DNA of 63,344 bases, the filler included, from Conidiobolus incongruus B7586 (taxonomy: Eukaryota): NCBI GenBank assembly GCA_000697335.1. It is 7 parts of 7 records of this genome, joined end to end, with 100 filler letters (N's around TTAATTAATTAA, not from the genome) between each part and the next. Parts side by side here need not be neighbours in the genome. Positions count along the whole stretch, not along the records: positions 1 to 6,923 come from JNEM01006173.1; positions 7,024 to 22,826 come from JNEM01006176.1; 5 more parts are not named here. The stretch is one strand, 5' to 3'. This document shows positions 1 through 14,234 of the stretch, piece after piece (position 1 is the stretch's first letter; every line of letters begins with the position of its first letter). A program made the translations under genes and the position numbers. The notes under the pieces were generated by a model. The model was given only the letters and a program-made list of their open reading frames with translations, did no database searches and was not told the DNA's origin.

Positions 1-675
1 AAAAAATAACAGTTAAAATTAATTTTTTAGATTTTAATAAAAGTTAAATAATTTCTTTTAACTTTAAAATAATTTATATAATAATAATTAATTAATTAAT
101 TTAAATAATGCTTTATAATCAAAAATTATATATAAATTTTAAATAATTTTAGAGGGCTTATGGTTAAGTTTTATTGATGCTAAAATAAAAAACTTTTGAT
201 GATTATTATTTGGATAAAATATAACTATAACAATAAATTTTAAAATATTAATTTTTTAATCAAAAAACTATTTTATATATATATAATTTATTACTATATA
301 TTTTCCTATTTATTTTAAAATATTTTATTATTTGAAACCAATAATATATTTGAAAAATCAGAAATTAAAAATTTTTCTATTTTTCCTATTTAATTATTAA
401 TTATTTTCCTTTATTCTAAATAATCCTTTAATTATATATATTATTATTTAATTATATTTTATTTAATAATTCAAAGATGAAATTATTAATATATAAAATT
501 ATATTTTAATAAAATTAGATTAAAATTTTAATATTCAATTATTTGACTAATAAATCATATTTTGTTTTATTTTGGTTTTTATTTTTGAAATATAAAATAA
601 TTATTTGTAATTGATATTATTTATTACATATTTATTAATTATTATATATTTATTAAATTATTAATCTATATGAAT

Positions 676-2176
676 TTAGTTTGCGTAACATTCATCATAA
701 TAATCCCAAGTCTTTTGCTTAGAATCTCTGAATAATTCAGGGATTTCGTTATCGACAAAGCCTAATTCGTCTCTAAGGTAGGCAATGTAGTCGCTAACCT
801 TGCATACTCCCTTGGGACACCAGCTGGTTCCGATGACTTCGCCGTTGTACATAACACGGACAGTTAAGTCAAGGTTCTTGACGGCAGTGTCCTTCTTCTT
901 GGAATTCCACAATTCAAAGACTAAGGTACTGGCATAAGGTGGCCAGTGGACCTTGTCAACGTTCAAACCACCCAAGAGGGGAGAGACGGTAGTGTCGTGA
1001 CCAGAGTAGATCTTAAGACGGGGATAGTTTTCAGTTTCGCATTCAGGGTCTTCGGCGAGGAGAGTGGCAGGAGCTTGGAGCAAGTTGTTCTTGATTTCCC
1101 AAAGCATGGCACCGATTTGAACACGGATGAATCCCTTCTTACGTAAGCTGTTGGGACCGAACCAGAGCTTGATTTCGTCGTTGGCAGCTTGCATGACTCG
1201 TTTCAAGTTGTATTCGCTGACACACTTGGTGCCGTTCTTACCATCATCAACACAGAGGGGAGTCTTACCGTGGCAGTGACGAGAGGCAAGAGTATCGAGC
1301 CAGAGGGCAGTCCAGAAGTTGTCGTCATTGAGATCTTGAGGGAAGAAAGAGTTGAAGTAGTCTCTCAATTCTTGGGTTTCGTTGTAGTGAGCTTTGTATT
1401 CGGGGCTCTTTTTGAATTCAGCTTCGAGTTTCTTCAACTTGGGGCATTTCTTGGAGGGAGTCATGACATCGAGATCGGAGGGGAGGACTTCAAAACGAAT
1501 GGGGTTTTCCTTGAGATCTTTTTCGGTAGGAGCGAACCATCCGGTGAGGAGAGAAGTAGCAGATTGTTGAGTTCTTTGGACATCAGTACTGCGGACATAA
1601 ATGTGTTCTTTGGCATCGGACCAGTTTTGGGGCAAGAAGTTGAGCTTGTTAACGTAGACATCTCTGTAATGTTTACCAATATCAACAAATTGTTCGATAC
1701 CCTTTTGGGTCAATTGACCTTGATAGCAATTTCCTTTCCAGCCCATCTTTTGCATGGGATTATAACCGCAGTAGGCCATGTCGTCTCCGCATTGATCAGT
1801 GTATCTGTTGTGGAGAGTGCGGTTGACACCAAGAGGCTTGAAGGTGACGGTCTTAACTTCAGCAGGGCAGTTCCAAGTATCCTTAACTTGAAGCTTAGGA
1901 GGCATGAAGTGAATGGGAGTACGATCACCATGTCTGTGGAAAATTTGAACACTTAATAATTCACCTTCAGGGTACTAATAATTTAAATTAGATCAATTAT
2001 GATAAGATCATATAATATGCACTTACTAAGGGAGTATATTTATCGGCAGAAGGAGCACCAGCTTGGCAGTAGTCGTAACCAGCTTCCTTGATGGGATCTT
2101 CCTTTCCGGCATATTGAGCCAAGTAAGTCGAGCTCAATCCCAACAACTTGACAGCAAGGATTAATTCAAATTTCAT
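676..2176 (-). CDS. Secreted histidine acid phosphatase (branch 2, ACP6-like); exons 2176-2027 and 1974-676, 482 aa
   Basis: ATG at 2176 gives a signal-like N-terminus MKFELILAVKLLGLSSTYLA. A 52-nt phase-0 intron (2026-1975, GTAAGT..TAG) joins it in frame to exon 2 with RHGDR, GQLT, RSTDVQRT and SGHDTT motifs. Confidence 0.93.
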
Positions 2177-5008
2177 TTTTATTATTTACAAACTATAGAA
2201 TAGTTGTTTAAGGAAAAATTCAAAGAAGACAGTTGCTTAAAAATAATTACCAAACAAAATGATCCACTGTAAAATTTGAAGTCATGATTATGTTCCACCA
2301 ATACAGTCTGAGTTAATTTACCTCTCTGAGAAGAAATTCGATCTGTTGTTTACACTTGAAAAGAAGAAATGAGTTTGACATAACCCATCCTATGGATTTG
2401 TACCACTACAATTCGGATCTATTTTCTCTTAATTAACAAACAATATCCAATAAAAAAATGAATATTACTAAAATGAGTCAAATAAATTAAAACTAAAAAT
2501 ACTTTATTGGATGAAATAAATTATTTTAAAAAAAATTTTGAAAAAAATAAAAATTTTATTATAATAGCTAATTTTATTGGTCAGCTATATTACTTAATTC
2601 AGAGCATAAATTCATTGTTAATATTGTTCTTTTATTAAATTCAAAATTATACTCGGTACAAAATGTGAAATAAAAATAAAAAACTTTAAACTGTGATAAT
2701 GAGACTTTAAAATATCTTGACAGATAAATAAAATAACCGAAATGTATAATAATAATTAATTTAACAGATCTTTACCCCACAAAATTTTATTGCCTGATTT
2801 TGATATTGACTTATTAATCCGGAATTATCCCGAAATTAGTCATCGTATGATCATAAAGATTCAGATATATATGTATATATATTGCTATCATGGCTTAAAT
2901 ATAAAATAAACAGTTATATAATTTTCATTACTAGGTAAATAGAAATGTAGATATTGAACCATTACAACCCTAATTGCTTTTGAAAATAAACTTAGATTTT
3001 ATAATTAAGTTGTTCCATAGTCACCTGCTAAAATTGTGCGTGGGTTTGTGAATGTGAATATAATTTCAGTTTATTCAATGGGTTACTTAGGGACATTAAA
3101 GACATTATTTTAAGATCATTCAGTAACTATCATTTGATCACTAATCATATTTGGTACATTATAATACACGAAACAAGCACTTTATATTATCTTGTTTTAT
3201 CGAATATATTTTAATATTAATTAATTTAACATTGTCAATATACTCTTGATTATGCCAATTATTTAATTCAGAAATAATCTGACTAAATTGAAATTTAAAC
3301 ATTGAAAATCATTAAATGTGAATTGATAAATATGGTATGATTTATTTAATACTTGTAGTTATATATTTTACAAATTTAATTTTTTCTAGTAGACAAAATT
3401 TTATACTCAACTTTAATCAAATATTTTAAGTAAATACTGATTTATAATTATTTAGCCTATGTCATTATTTATGGCTGTTTTAATAATAATATCAAGGGCT
3501 AATTTGAAAGCAAGGATCTTTGTAGCAATATATAGTTTCATAATTGAGCATAGTTTGTTTGAATTTTAATAAAATTAAATTAAAAAATTTTGTTAGGAAT
3601 GAACAAATTATCTGAAATTTTCAGTTTAATAAAAATCTTGATTTTTTAAGTTTAATATTCTAAATATTATTTTATAGTCTTAATTAGAGACTTGATAGTT
3701 TAAAATATTACGAATACAACTTTTAAAAATTCAGTTTCATTAATTATTTAATATAAAATTGCTTAGCCAATACACCACTGCAAAATTGCTGTAATTTATT
3801 AAATAAAAAATAAGAAACTGGTATTTTATTTAATTATTCATATTTTTAAAAGTTAATAATTTAATTAAATCACTTTGAGTAACTTTTATATCCTATATAC
3901 ATGTTTTAAACTAACGTTATTATTTATTGTAATGAAATACAAAAGTGTTTCAAGATACATTGAGCTAAATCATCGAATATTCAAATCTTAATTTTATTTT
4001 TTAAACTGATTGATCTATATTAAAAGATTTAATTTGAATAAACCTTTAACCCGAGTATCTTAACATTAGTCCCAGCTTACAATTCAAAATATTTCAAGAA
4101 TACTGAAATGCAAACAATAAAAAGGATTATAGAGTATTTTGTATAATTTAATAAAATCTATTCAAGTTATGTAAAATTTTGATGATTTATATCTATTGCC
4201 TTAAAATTAGAATTGTTAGTTAAAATTTTATCCATAAATTGTAATTGTATAACTTGATGAGCTATGGTAATATTATGCAATCAGTAAATAACTAGCTATA
4301 ATAACACTCTCTTTCCATTAAAAATAAAGATATAATTATAAAATATTTATTTAACTTAAGGTATATTGTTAAGATATAATATCACCATGAACATAATTTC
4401 AATATCAATAAGAAATTATAAATTTCATTAAAAAACCTTTAATATTCAAATAATTATAAACTAATCAATAATTTTAAAAATATAAAATTAATTATATTGA
4501 ACATTAACCTTATATATAACCAATAAATAATAAATATTATATTAATATTTTAATTTTTAAACATGAAATATTCAAATTAACAATATATATATAAATTAAA
4601 TATTATTTGGTAAAATTTTTAATATTTATATCAAAATAATAATTTAAAAAATAATTTCATAAATTTTAAATTAAATTTTAAATATATATTATCTAAATGC
4701 TAGAAACTAAGGTAGTTATATTAAGCTATTTTATAAAATTAAATTACTAAATTTATTTAAATAGGTAAATCAGAAAAAAATTAACTATAAGTTTTGTTAA
4801 GAGATTAGTTCTTTAAATTCTTATATATACTTTCATATAATTCAATTAACTATAAATTATATGATTAATTTATATATTTATAGCTAAATTAATTATATAA
4901 ATAATATTAAATTATCTAATAAATAAGGTTTTCCCCTTTTTCCTTTTAATACTTACTATTTCTTATCTTTTCTATTATTTCTAAGATTAAAACTATATCT
5001 TGTTAATA

Positions 5009-6581
5009 CACTAACCTACAAAAGTAAGTCATAAAATCAAAAACACCTATATTTTTACTAATAACTTAATTAATATTTAATGAAATAAACTTAAATTAAA
5101 TAATTAAAATCTATTATATTTATTAGTTATATATATCATTAAATGATGATATTTAGCTATTAATTGGTTAAAATATAAACCTTTAAATTTTACCTAAGGT
5201 GAGTTATAAATTTGTAGGTTTTTGGTGATAAAAAAAAATTAAAACCTAGTGTATCTACCTTTAGCTTTTCTAACTTCTTTAAGTTTGTGGGGTATAAAAT
5301 CAACTAACTTCTTACATTAAAAAGGGTTAATTTTGTTCTATACTTCTTAAATATATTTTTAAAGTTGATTTAAATTTTTTACTAGGGGGAAAACTTTAAT
5401 AACTTTTTTTAACTAATCCCAAAAGTATTTAATTAAATTAAAGTTAGGAGATTAAAAAAGCCACTTTATAACTGTTATCTTGTTATTTTTAAGTTATTTG
5501 GTAGTAGAAGTTGTAGTATAGCAAGAGGTATTATCTTACTAGAAAATAACATTAGATTTGTTTAACCTATATTATTCAATGGTTTTTTTCAATTTATTGT
5601 TTAGAATACTTTAGTACATTTCAGTATTAATTCCCCTATTAACTTTACAAAGATACTTTACACCTAAAGATAATATATATCCCTAAATAATAATTGACCC
5701 ACTATTATATTTTTAGGTAAAATTAACATAATAGTTACAAAGTAGTTTTGTATCTTTTCTAAAGTATCTAGCTTTTCTATTAAATCTACTAAGGTATATT
5801 ATTGTTTCATTAGATTAAATAACCTTACTGTAATTAGTTTCAATTTAACATTAGTAGCAACATTTAAACTCCCACCTAGTTTTATAGTGGGATTTCTTTA
5901 GTTAGGGGTGTTTTTTCTTAAAGTGTAAGTGGTATCCATGTTAATATAAAGCACATATAATAATATCAGTGTTAACTAATATTCCTGTATAGTTTTATAG
6001 TTCCTGTTGTATTTCTACAACAGTACTATATTTGCTTGTATTAACCAACCTACAAATATACTTCTTATTATGTTCATCTATAATCTTAACACATTTAAGT
6101 TTAGGTTTAAATGTTTCTTTATTGCTATTCTTAACAACTCTAGCTATAGTAAACTAACTAACACTAGTAATTCTAGCAATATTATGAGTTGATTTACCTT
6201 TTTTATAAAGTTGATTAATACACAAATAGATTTTTTTAGAGAGGGATTTAGGTATAATAATACTAATAAAAAAAATTTAGTATATCTATAAAATATTATA
6301 TAAAATAATAACAAAGAGAGAAAAAAGATATGATTATATATTGTTAAATATATCCCCTTATCTCAAAAACCCACAAATTTATAACTTACCTTGGTTAAAT
6401 ATTAAAGGTTAATATTTTTACTTATAGTTTACTAAATATATCTAAATATATTTATCTATTATTAAATAATATACCTTAATTATATATTATAGTTTTAAGT
6501 AATCTAATATATACAATTGTTTTAGTTATTAATTAAAAAATATATATTTTTGATTTTATAACTTACTTTTGTGGGTCAGTG
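5009..6581 (-). mobile_element. Tc1-family DNA transposon copy 1 (1573 bp), transposase pseudogene 6255-5239
   Basis: TIRs CACT(A/G)ACC(T/C)ACAAAAGTAAGT..., TA on both flanks (5007-8, 6582-3). A 339-codon frame with many stops retains degenerate VIWSDET, FQQDNA, WPPQSPDFNPIEHLW motifs and a KAKG..TRF* end. Confidence 0.92.
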
Positions 6582-6923
6582 TATTATAGTATATTAGCAC
6601 TAACTAATATAAATCTCAATATATCAGTGACTCATCCCAATTTGAAGCTTAATTAAACTTTGTTTACATTTGCACACTACAGCTATATTATAATATTATG
6701 TTTTGTGTCACACTACTTTTATATTAAGTTTTCCTTTATATTATATTAATACTTACTACCATGCTTATAAGTTTTATTAGAATTAATTTTATAGGAAATA
6801 AAAAATAAATTTATTAGGATATAATTCAAATAATTTAAATAAAATATAATAAAATATAGATTGTAGGAGAATTTAGTTAAAAAATATATAATATTAAATA
6901 TAAATATAATTAAATAATAATAA

Positions 6924-7023
6924 NNNNNNNNNNNNNNNNNNNNNNNNNNNNNNNNNNNNNNNNNNNNTTAATTAATTAANNNNNNNNNNNNNNNNNNNNN
7001 NNNNNNNNNNNNNNNNNNNNNNN
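6924..7023. other. Assembly gap with TTAATTAATTAA linker (also 22827-22926, 25279-25378, 36817-36916, 54050-54149, 61867-61966)
   Basis: Six 100-nt N-runs, each with the same central six-frame-stop 12-mer; true gap lengths unknown. Confidence 0.95.
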
Positions 7024-9291
7024 AATTAATTATATTATATAAGTTAATTTAAATTAGAATTAATTAAGTTATTAATAAGAGAATAAATGATTTGAATTTT
7101 ATACCTTATTTTTATAGCCTAATATATATTATATCTTTTATAATTATATAATATATATTAAACTAAGGAAATTAAATCAAATCATTTTATATAATAATAT
7201 AATTAAATTTGAAAAAAGATAATAACTTAATTAAATCATTTATATATTGATTTATCCTTAGTTTATTATATAACACATTTATAATTAATATTACCATTCT
7301 TAAAAATCTGATTAAATGATAATAAATATTTGATATTAATAGTTTTAGAAAATTACAATTAAATATTATATTTGAATATATTGGTAAAACCTTATATTTA
7401 TTAGAAATTCCTTATTAATTAGTATATTGAACTATGAAATATATCTTGTATTAAGGGTTTAGATTTAGATGTTTCAATAATATGATAATAGATTTATTGG
7501 TATGAATTACATATCAATTGAAAACAATGGAAATTCTAAATATTATAAATATGTATAAATTATTTTAAATCTTTTTAATTTTTTTTGTTGTTGGAGCTTT
7601 GTAATTAATTAAATGATATTGATTGTTAAACATAACGCAATACAAAAAATCAAACAAAAATATTTTGATATTTAAAATTTAATATCAAATAGTTAATATA
7701 TATAAAATTTTGTTGCTCAATCCTTTAATATTCCACTTATATACTGATAAAATAATTTAATAAATAACGAATCATTTCAAAGTATTACCAATGTTAGAAT
7801 ATATGTGCTAGAGTTTAGATGACACTAATATTAATAATTTATATTCATCTAATTAAGAGAGAGTTTCAACTAAAATAAAGAGTATATTGCAAACCTAATA
7901 AAAACTTAAAAATAAGATATAAACATAAGGATTTTAAGAAAAAATAATAGTTATGACACATAGTTAATAATGTCACTAAAACTAATATTATCAAATCACT
8001 AAAAATTATCCAATATTTGTTCAAAGATATCAAATATATTTATTTGATTGATTGAATTGAGAGCCCCGTTTATTATTAGATAGTTCAGTTATATTAATAC
8101 CTAATAATAAATTGCAGAATTACAGTCTATTCAATGAATGGATAACATTAAAATTAAAATTTAGTAGTGTAAAGGTTTCCAAATGAATGACAAACATAAA
8201 AAGCAATAATTGTTCTTTGGAAGATACTATGCTATGCAGCATTACTAATAAATATTTTAAGTATTTAAGTTAAATTTTAATTAAAATTTTACAAGAATAA
8301 TTTTAATAAATACTAAATTTTTAACCAATACTCTAACTTATTAGAATTACTGATCTCTTTATTGATGCTAAACCTATCATACTTTTTGGAATGTATAAGT
8401 TACATATGTAAATATCACTCTTTGGTTAAAATGTTATCATTTTAAATTAAAGTATGTTTTTAAAGGATTTAATTATTCGAGTAGATATCTAAATGAGGAG
8501 GAATGGGTATATGATTTAGTGTGTATTAATTATTTATAATATATATATATTATATCGAAATTTTTGTTAAATTTATCTATTTTTTAAATTGATTTATTTT
8601 TTAATTAAATAATTAAAATTTTAATCAATTAAATTTTTTGAATTTAATTTAATCAACTTTATCAATACCAGTTATTTATCAACTAAATAATATCATTAAT
8701 TTATTTATATGATTTAAATATTCCACTTATTTTAATCACAATTCATTATTTAACAATGTTAGATGTTGTTACATCCCTCAATTTTAAATGGTTTTAATTA
8801 AGATTTAATTCAAGAATATGTATAATTATTATAATAATCAATATAGGTCAAGGTTTTTTATGATAAAATATAGAATTATTAGTTTTTTTAAATCTATACA
8901 ATTAATAGTTTATAATAATAATTAGAATTTGAATCAATTTAAAAACCTTTATAAAAAATTGATTATTTTGAGTTTATCATTAATATTTATAGAAATATTT
9001 AAATATCGCTTATTTGAAATTTGAAGTACAAATGAGTAAATAATAATGATAAATTAAAATATTATGATATCTGGATATTGATAAATTGGATATTTTGAAA
9101 GATATAATGTTTTATAAATTTTAATTATGGTGTATTTATATCATTATCTCTCGGATATCAATAAAGGATAATTTTAATTTCGATCAATCTATTCAATCTT
9201 TAAAGTAACTAATATAAATATCAAATTAGTTAATAATATTACATTGATAAATATTGTTGATATTTAAAAACCTTCAAGTATCAAAATTTTA

Positions 9292-10780
9292 TTAATTATA
9301 ACATTCTTCAAAATAATTCCAATCATCGTGATCTTTAAGTAGTTTCAAATGTGTCAAATACTCATAAAAATTCACCAATTTGCAAGATCCTAAGGGGCAC
9401 CAAGAAGTCTTGAGGATTTCGCCATTGTAGATCATTCGCATTGCAAGCTGGTCGTTCTTGACCACAGTGTTATTCTTTTGAGGATTCCACACTTCAATAA
9501 TCAGATTGCTGGCGTATGGCGGCCAGTGGTTAATTTCAGCATCTAAGCCTCCTAAAAGAGGACCAAGTGTGGTGTCGTGGCCGGAGTAGATCTTGAATTT
9601 GGGATTAGGTGTATCATGCTCATTTTGGCGTTGATATACGATTTGTCGCTGGTTAACCAACTTGCCCAATCTGAAAACTTTATTAGGGAAAGTGTTCACC
9701 CTAAACAAATTATGGGCAATCTCATTCAAAACTGGACCAATTTGGAGACGTGTGAGCTTCCTGGAATTTTTACTTGCATTGAACCAGACCTTGGACTCTT
9801 CGTTAGCTGCATTCTGCAGCTCCATGAGTTCGTAATCCCCAAAGCAATCCTCACGATCCTCTTTGAAGCATAGGGGTGGCTGACCGTGGCAGCTTCGAGC
9901 TACTAAAGTATCAAGGAACCAAGCGGTCCAAAAGTTATCGTTGGAAACGTCATAATTTAAATGCTTTTGGAAATTCTTCCTCAAATGAGATGTCAATTTA
10001 AAGAAATTCTGGTACCTTGTAGATTTCTTGAACTTTTGCTCCAACTGTTTGAGATTGGGGCATGAGTTGCGGTTTGGATACAACGTTTCGATCTCCGCTG
10101 GAAACACCTCCATTCGGATCTTCGTGTCTTCGCCATTTTGGTGATTGGATGATGGGAAGAGCCCAGTCAGTAGTGAACTCACACTCTGTTGCGTGCGTTG
10201 GAGATCGCTACTACGTACATATAGATCATCTGCAGCTTTATCTAAAGTATCCGGTAAGAAATTCAAGTGGTCGACATATATCTTCTTCAATTGTTCGCCA
10301 ATCGATCGCAATTGAGTAATTCCTACTTGAGTTAATTGGCCCATATAACAACTTCCCTGCCATCTTAGTCCCTCAAGGGGACTGATGCTACAGTATCCCT
10401 TTTCAGAATCGCATATCGAAGGCGGGAAAGGCATACGAGGCAATACATGAAAATTGGGCTGATGAGATTCAATAGGACAGTCCCAAACATCCTTGTTTTG
10501 GAATTTTGGTGGTAACAGATGGACTGGTGAGCGGTCTCCATGACGATGGAATAACTGGACAGATAGTAGCTCACCTTCAGGGTACTAAAATACAAATTAA
10601 TAAAAGTTCAACTTTGGAAATTATTTTAGTGTTTACTAATGGCGAATAATTTTCAGCGATAGGAAAACCAGCTTGACAATAGTTATAACCTTTTTCCAGA
10701 ATATTACCTTCGTTACTAAAGTTCAATACTTCACCTCTTAATAGAGAAATTAACAACAAAATAAAATGATTCGATTTCAT
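9292..10780 (-). CDS. Secreted histidine acid phosphatase paralog 2; exons 10780-10637 and 10584-9292, 478 aa
   Basis: Signal-like MKSNHFILLLISLL; 52-nt intron 10636-10585 at the same position as in paralog 1 (..SPL|YPEGEL..); RHGDR, GQLT, RSSDLQRT and SGHDTT motifs. Confidence 0.92.
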
Positions 10781-13700
10781 ATTTTATTTAATTGTAAAGA
10801 TAAAGTCACTAATATTTCCTTGGGATTAATATTAAATTAATAATAATAATATTAACTCTTATTAAAATATAATATTTAATAATATTTTTTTGTTACAAAA
10901 TTGTTTTCTAAAAAATTTGGAAATATCGCCTTGGTAGCACTATTTATACAATAAAATTAGAACTAAATTAAGGAGTGAACTTAACAGTCATTAAAAATCC
11001 ATAATTAAATTGGGGTTACTTTGCAGACACTAATTTAAGTAATCACAAACCTGTAATTTACTTTTCTTTTAGTGACGATTCATTACGTCTTATTGTATTC
11101 AATGGTCGGTGACTTATTTTCAATCCTTTTTAATTTTCATTCCATCATTATCCGAAATCTTACTCCTTATCCCAAAACACCTAACAATTTTATTTAAGAT
11201 GATATATTACGATTTTGTGATGATAGAAATTAACCAATCAAATATGCTGAAATTGAATCTTTAACAATATATTTAAGTAGTGAGTGTAATTACCCAATAT
11301 AGTGAAAAATTTCTTAGTTATAATTCTTAAATTAAAATAAATTATGGGATGATGATGAAAATTTGAAATCATTATGAATAATATCGTATTGAAATTTAAA
11401 AAGTGAATTACTATAAAAAATAACATTATATTATATTGTCAATTGTTGAGATTAAAAATGAAAAACTATATTAATGCTAATTAAATAAATTAAGATAAAA
11501 TAACTCAATAATATACCGTATAATTTATGACATTCAAAATTGCATTTAATATAATCTTCCATAATAAAAGCCCACAAAAATTTGCCCAAATCTATAAAAG
11601 AGCGTGTAATACAAGTTAATCAACCTATTCTCCAATAACTCTACCAACTCTAACTTTTTTACTCAATATTACTCTATTACTAATAATAAAATCCTTATGA
11701 TCTTTGGAAATAATTAATTTTAGAATTTATTATTAAATTGAGTAATTGATAAATAAGGGAATAAATTTCAGATGACATTAAAAATTTAATTGATTACGTA
11801 TTAAGTGGATGATAATGAGATTAATTCGAGAAGGAATTACACCCAAGTTTTGAAAAGTTGATTTTTTATATTTTTATTTTCATTTGAATCAAGAATATTA
11901 CCAAATATTAAAATAAATTGTTTATATTTAAATATTTTTAGTTATCGATTAATTATTCAATTTATTATAGAAATTTGAATAAAAATTTAAAAACAAATTG
12001 TATGAAATCGTTTTTTACTAAATTCAGTAAAATTAGACTCGAGGATAATCTATATTCTCATATAATTAATTAACTTAAATTAATTGAAAAAGAAAAAAAC
12101 CTTCTTGGTCATACCTACTTTATGATACAATAAATGAAAGATGAAATCTTTCCATACAGTCTTGTGATAACATTGAAATATCAAAGGTATTATAGCATTA
12201 AAATATCGTTTCTTATTTTCTCAACCACTACAAATATTTTGCAATTTTAGAAATACAAATTCAAATTAAAAACCTCCAAAAATAATTCCTGAAAAGTTAA
12301 ATATGATAGACTAAAGATATTATTAGGAAAATTTTTTCAATTTGGTAATATTTATAGTAGGCAATTGTTGAGTATTTAATAATTATTCACAAAAAATAAA
12401 AATATTTTGAATATGTTTTACAGGTAATTGATATTGAAAATTTAATATTATTTGAAATTTTGTTGAATTTAATTTTTATTGAATTCACTGAAAATTTGTC
12501 ATAATAATAAGTCAACAAAAAAGTACTATTATTATTAATTGAGTCATATAATACCCCATAAAATAAGTCTAGAACTCCCAAACCCAGCCTCAATACCAGC
12601 AATAATTCAATTCCTACAACGAATAAAAATAATGAATCAACGATGTTACAAATTTACTTTGAAAGAATATGAAACGATTCACTTCAAGACTGTTATTCAC
12701 TGAAAAATTCTCATTGGGTTAAAATTAGAATTGTTGAAACTTGAAGTGAATACTTAGTTAAGTAACTTTCTGATTGTGATTTTGAATTGAGGAGCCGATA
12801 ATTTTCTAATTAAATTACTCAATTTGTAAATTTTTGATTGATCTTATGACTTACCCGAAATATTGTATATTCGTTTGTTTGCTATGGTATTAATTAATTG
12901 ATCTATTAATCAATTAATTATAGTGAAAAGAAAAGTGGGAAAAAGTTTAAAAATTAGTTAAATTTTATAACAATTTGTTATGATATCAACACATTTAAAT
13001 GTTGGATTTTGAATTTAAATTCATCAAAATGTCACGCTTTGAAATATTGAATATAGAGCTAGTTTCGGGTAATAGCAGTTAGATTCGAGTTAATCTTGTC
13101 TCTACTTGTGATAATTATCATATTTAGATTTTTCTAGACTGCCTTGAAATGAATGGATCATTTTGTAAGCCTAGAGCCAATGACACCTAAAAATCTGGTT
13201 AGTATATGTTATGGTGTCAGGTGATTGGTCAACTTGATACAAAATTTTCTCAGATTCCACCTGATGTCCATTCAATCCAGGAGAATTCAGGGACTGAAGA
13301 CCTAGTCAGAAACTTCTACGCAATGGTGCAACCTATTGCTAATGTAATCTCAGAGAAATAATGGTGAGAAATTTCAATAAGCTGAAAATAGATTTCTATG
13401 TCCTTCTGATTACCCAATCTAGTAATCGAATCCAAAAAGTGAGATAAGAAAACTTGGACTAAACTAATTATAACCAACAAGCAGCAAATCAAATGACTTC
13501 TATAATGATGATATCATAGCTCAGAAGAATTACCAATTGCTCTGGAGCATACAATTAACCGAAATTATTAGTAATTCAACCAATTCAAAATTATTTCATA
13601 CATTATCCCGCCAGTTATTTTTAAATTAACCAATATTAATTATATCTATATTCTAAATAAATTTAGTAAATTTTTAATTGATTTAATATATTTGAAAAAT

Positions 13701-14197
13701 ATACTGATACTCCCTAAGCCTAAACTCGAAATTATTTCTTTAGAAGATCCTCAAACACTCTCAAAAAATTGATGATTTGTAATATTTTTTTTGCTTCGGC
13801 TAATGTTTTAAAATATTATTTTAATGCTCCTCCATAAATTTAAATACCCGATCTTAATTTAAAATCTTTTCAAACATTAATTTAAAACCAATTAAAAATA
13901 TAATTAAATATTTAAAATAGATAATCCCGTAAAATTCCTCTAATTTTAAAATCACCCGTTAATTTCCAGTAAAATAGAAGGATTAGAAATATAATGTTTA
14001 AAAAATAGGATAATCTTATACCATGAGTTGGATATCAATTAGACTAAATTTATATTAAATTAATAATAGAGATTTAATAATAATTCGAATTGATTAGATA
14101 ATTGAACCATTTTGATTATTAAATTTTAATAAATATTTTTATAATAACGTCATCGAAAATAGATGAAAAGATGAGACATATATATAATAGAAATACC

Positions 14198-14201
<4 letters not shown>

Positions 14202-14232
<31 letters not shown>
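14202..14232. repeat. (TA)n microsatellite (others near 22935-22962, 31588-31611, 34113-34137)
   Basis: Uninterrupted TA dinucleotide runs. Confidence 0.85.

Positions 14233-14234
<2 letters not shown>

Noticed and set aside
946..1956. 255-aa and 66-aa + strand ORFs, and similar short ORFs overlapping phosphatase 2, the GH3 genes and FH1
   Set aside because: Antisense or off-frame shadows of codon-biased real genes.
6007..6192. 61-aa ORF and other 60-85 aa Ile/Phe/Asn-rich ORFs (11238, 12387, 14605, 20724, 27929, 43522, 45117, 58678)
   Set aside because: Composition mirrors the AT-rich background; 6007-6192 is antisense within Tc1 copy 1.
6968..6979. TTAATTAATTAA recurring six times inside N-runs
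   Set aside because: Artificial scaffolding linker with stops in all frames, not a biological repeat.
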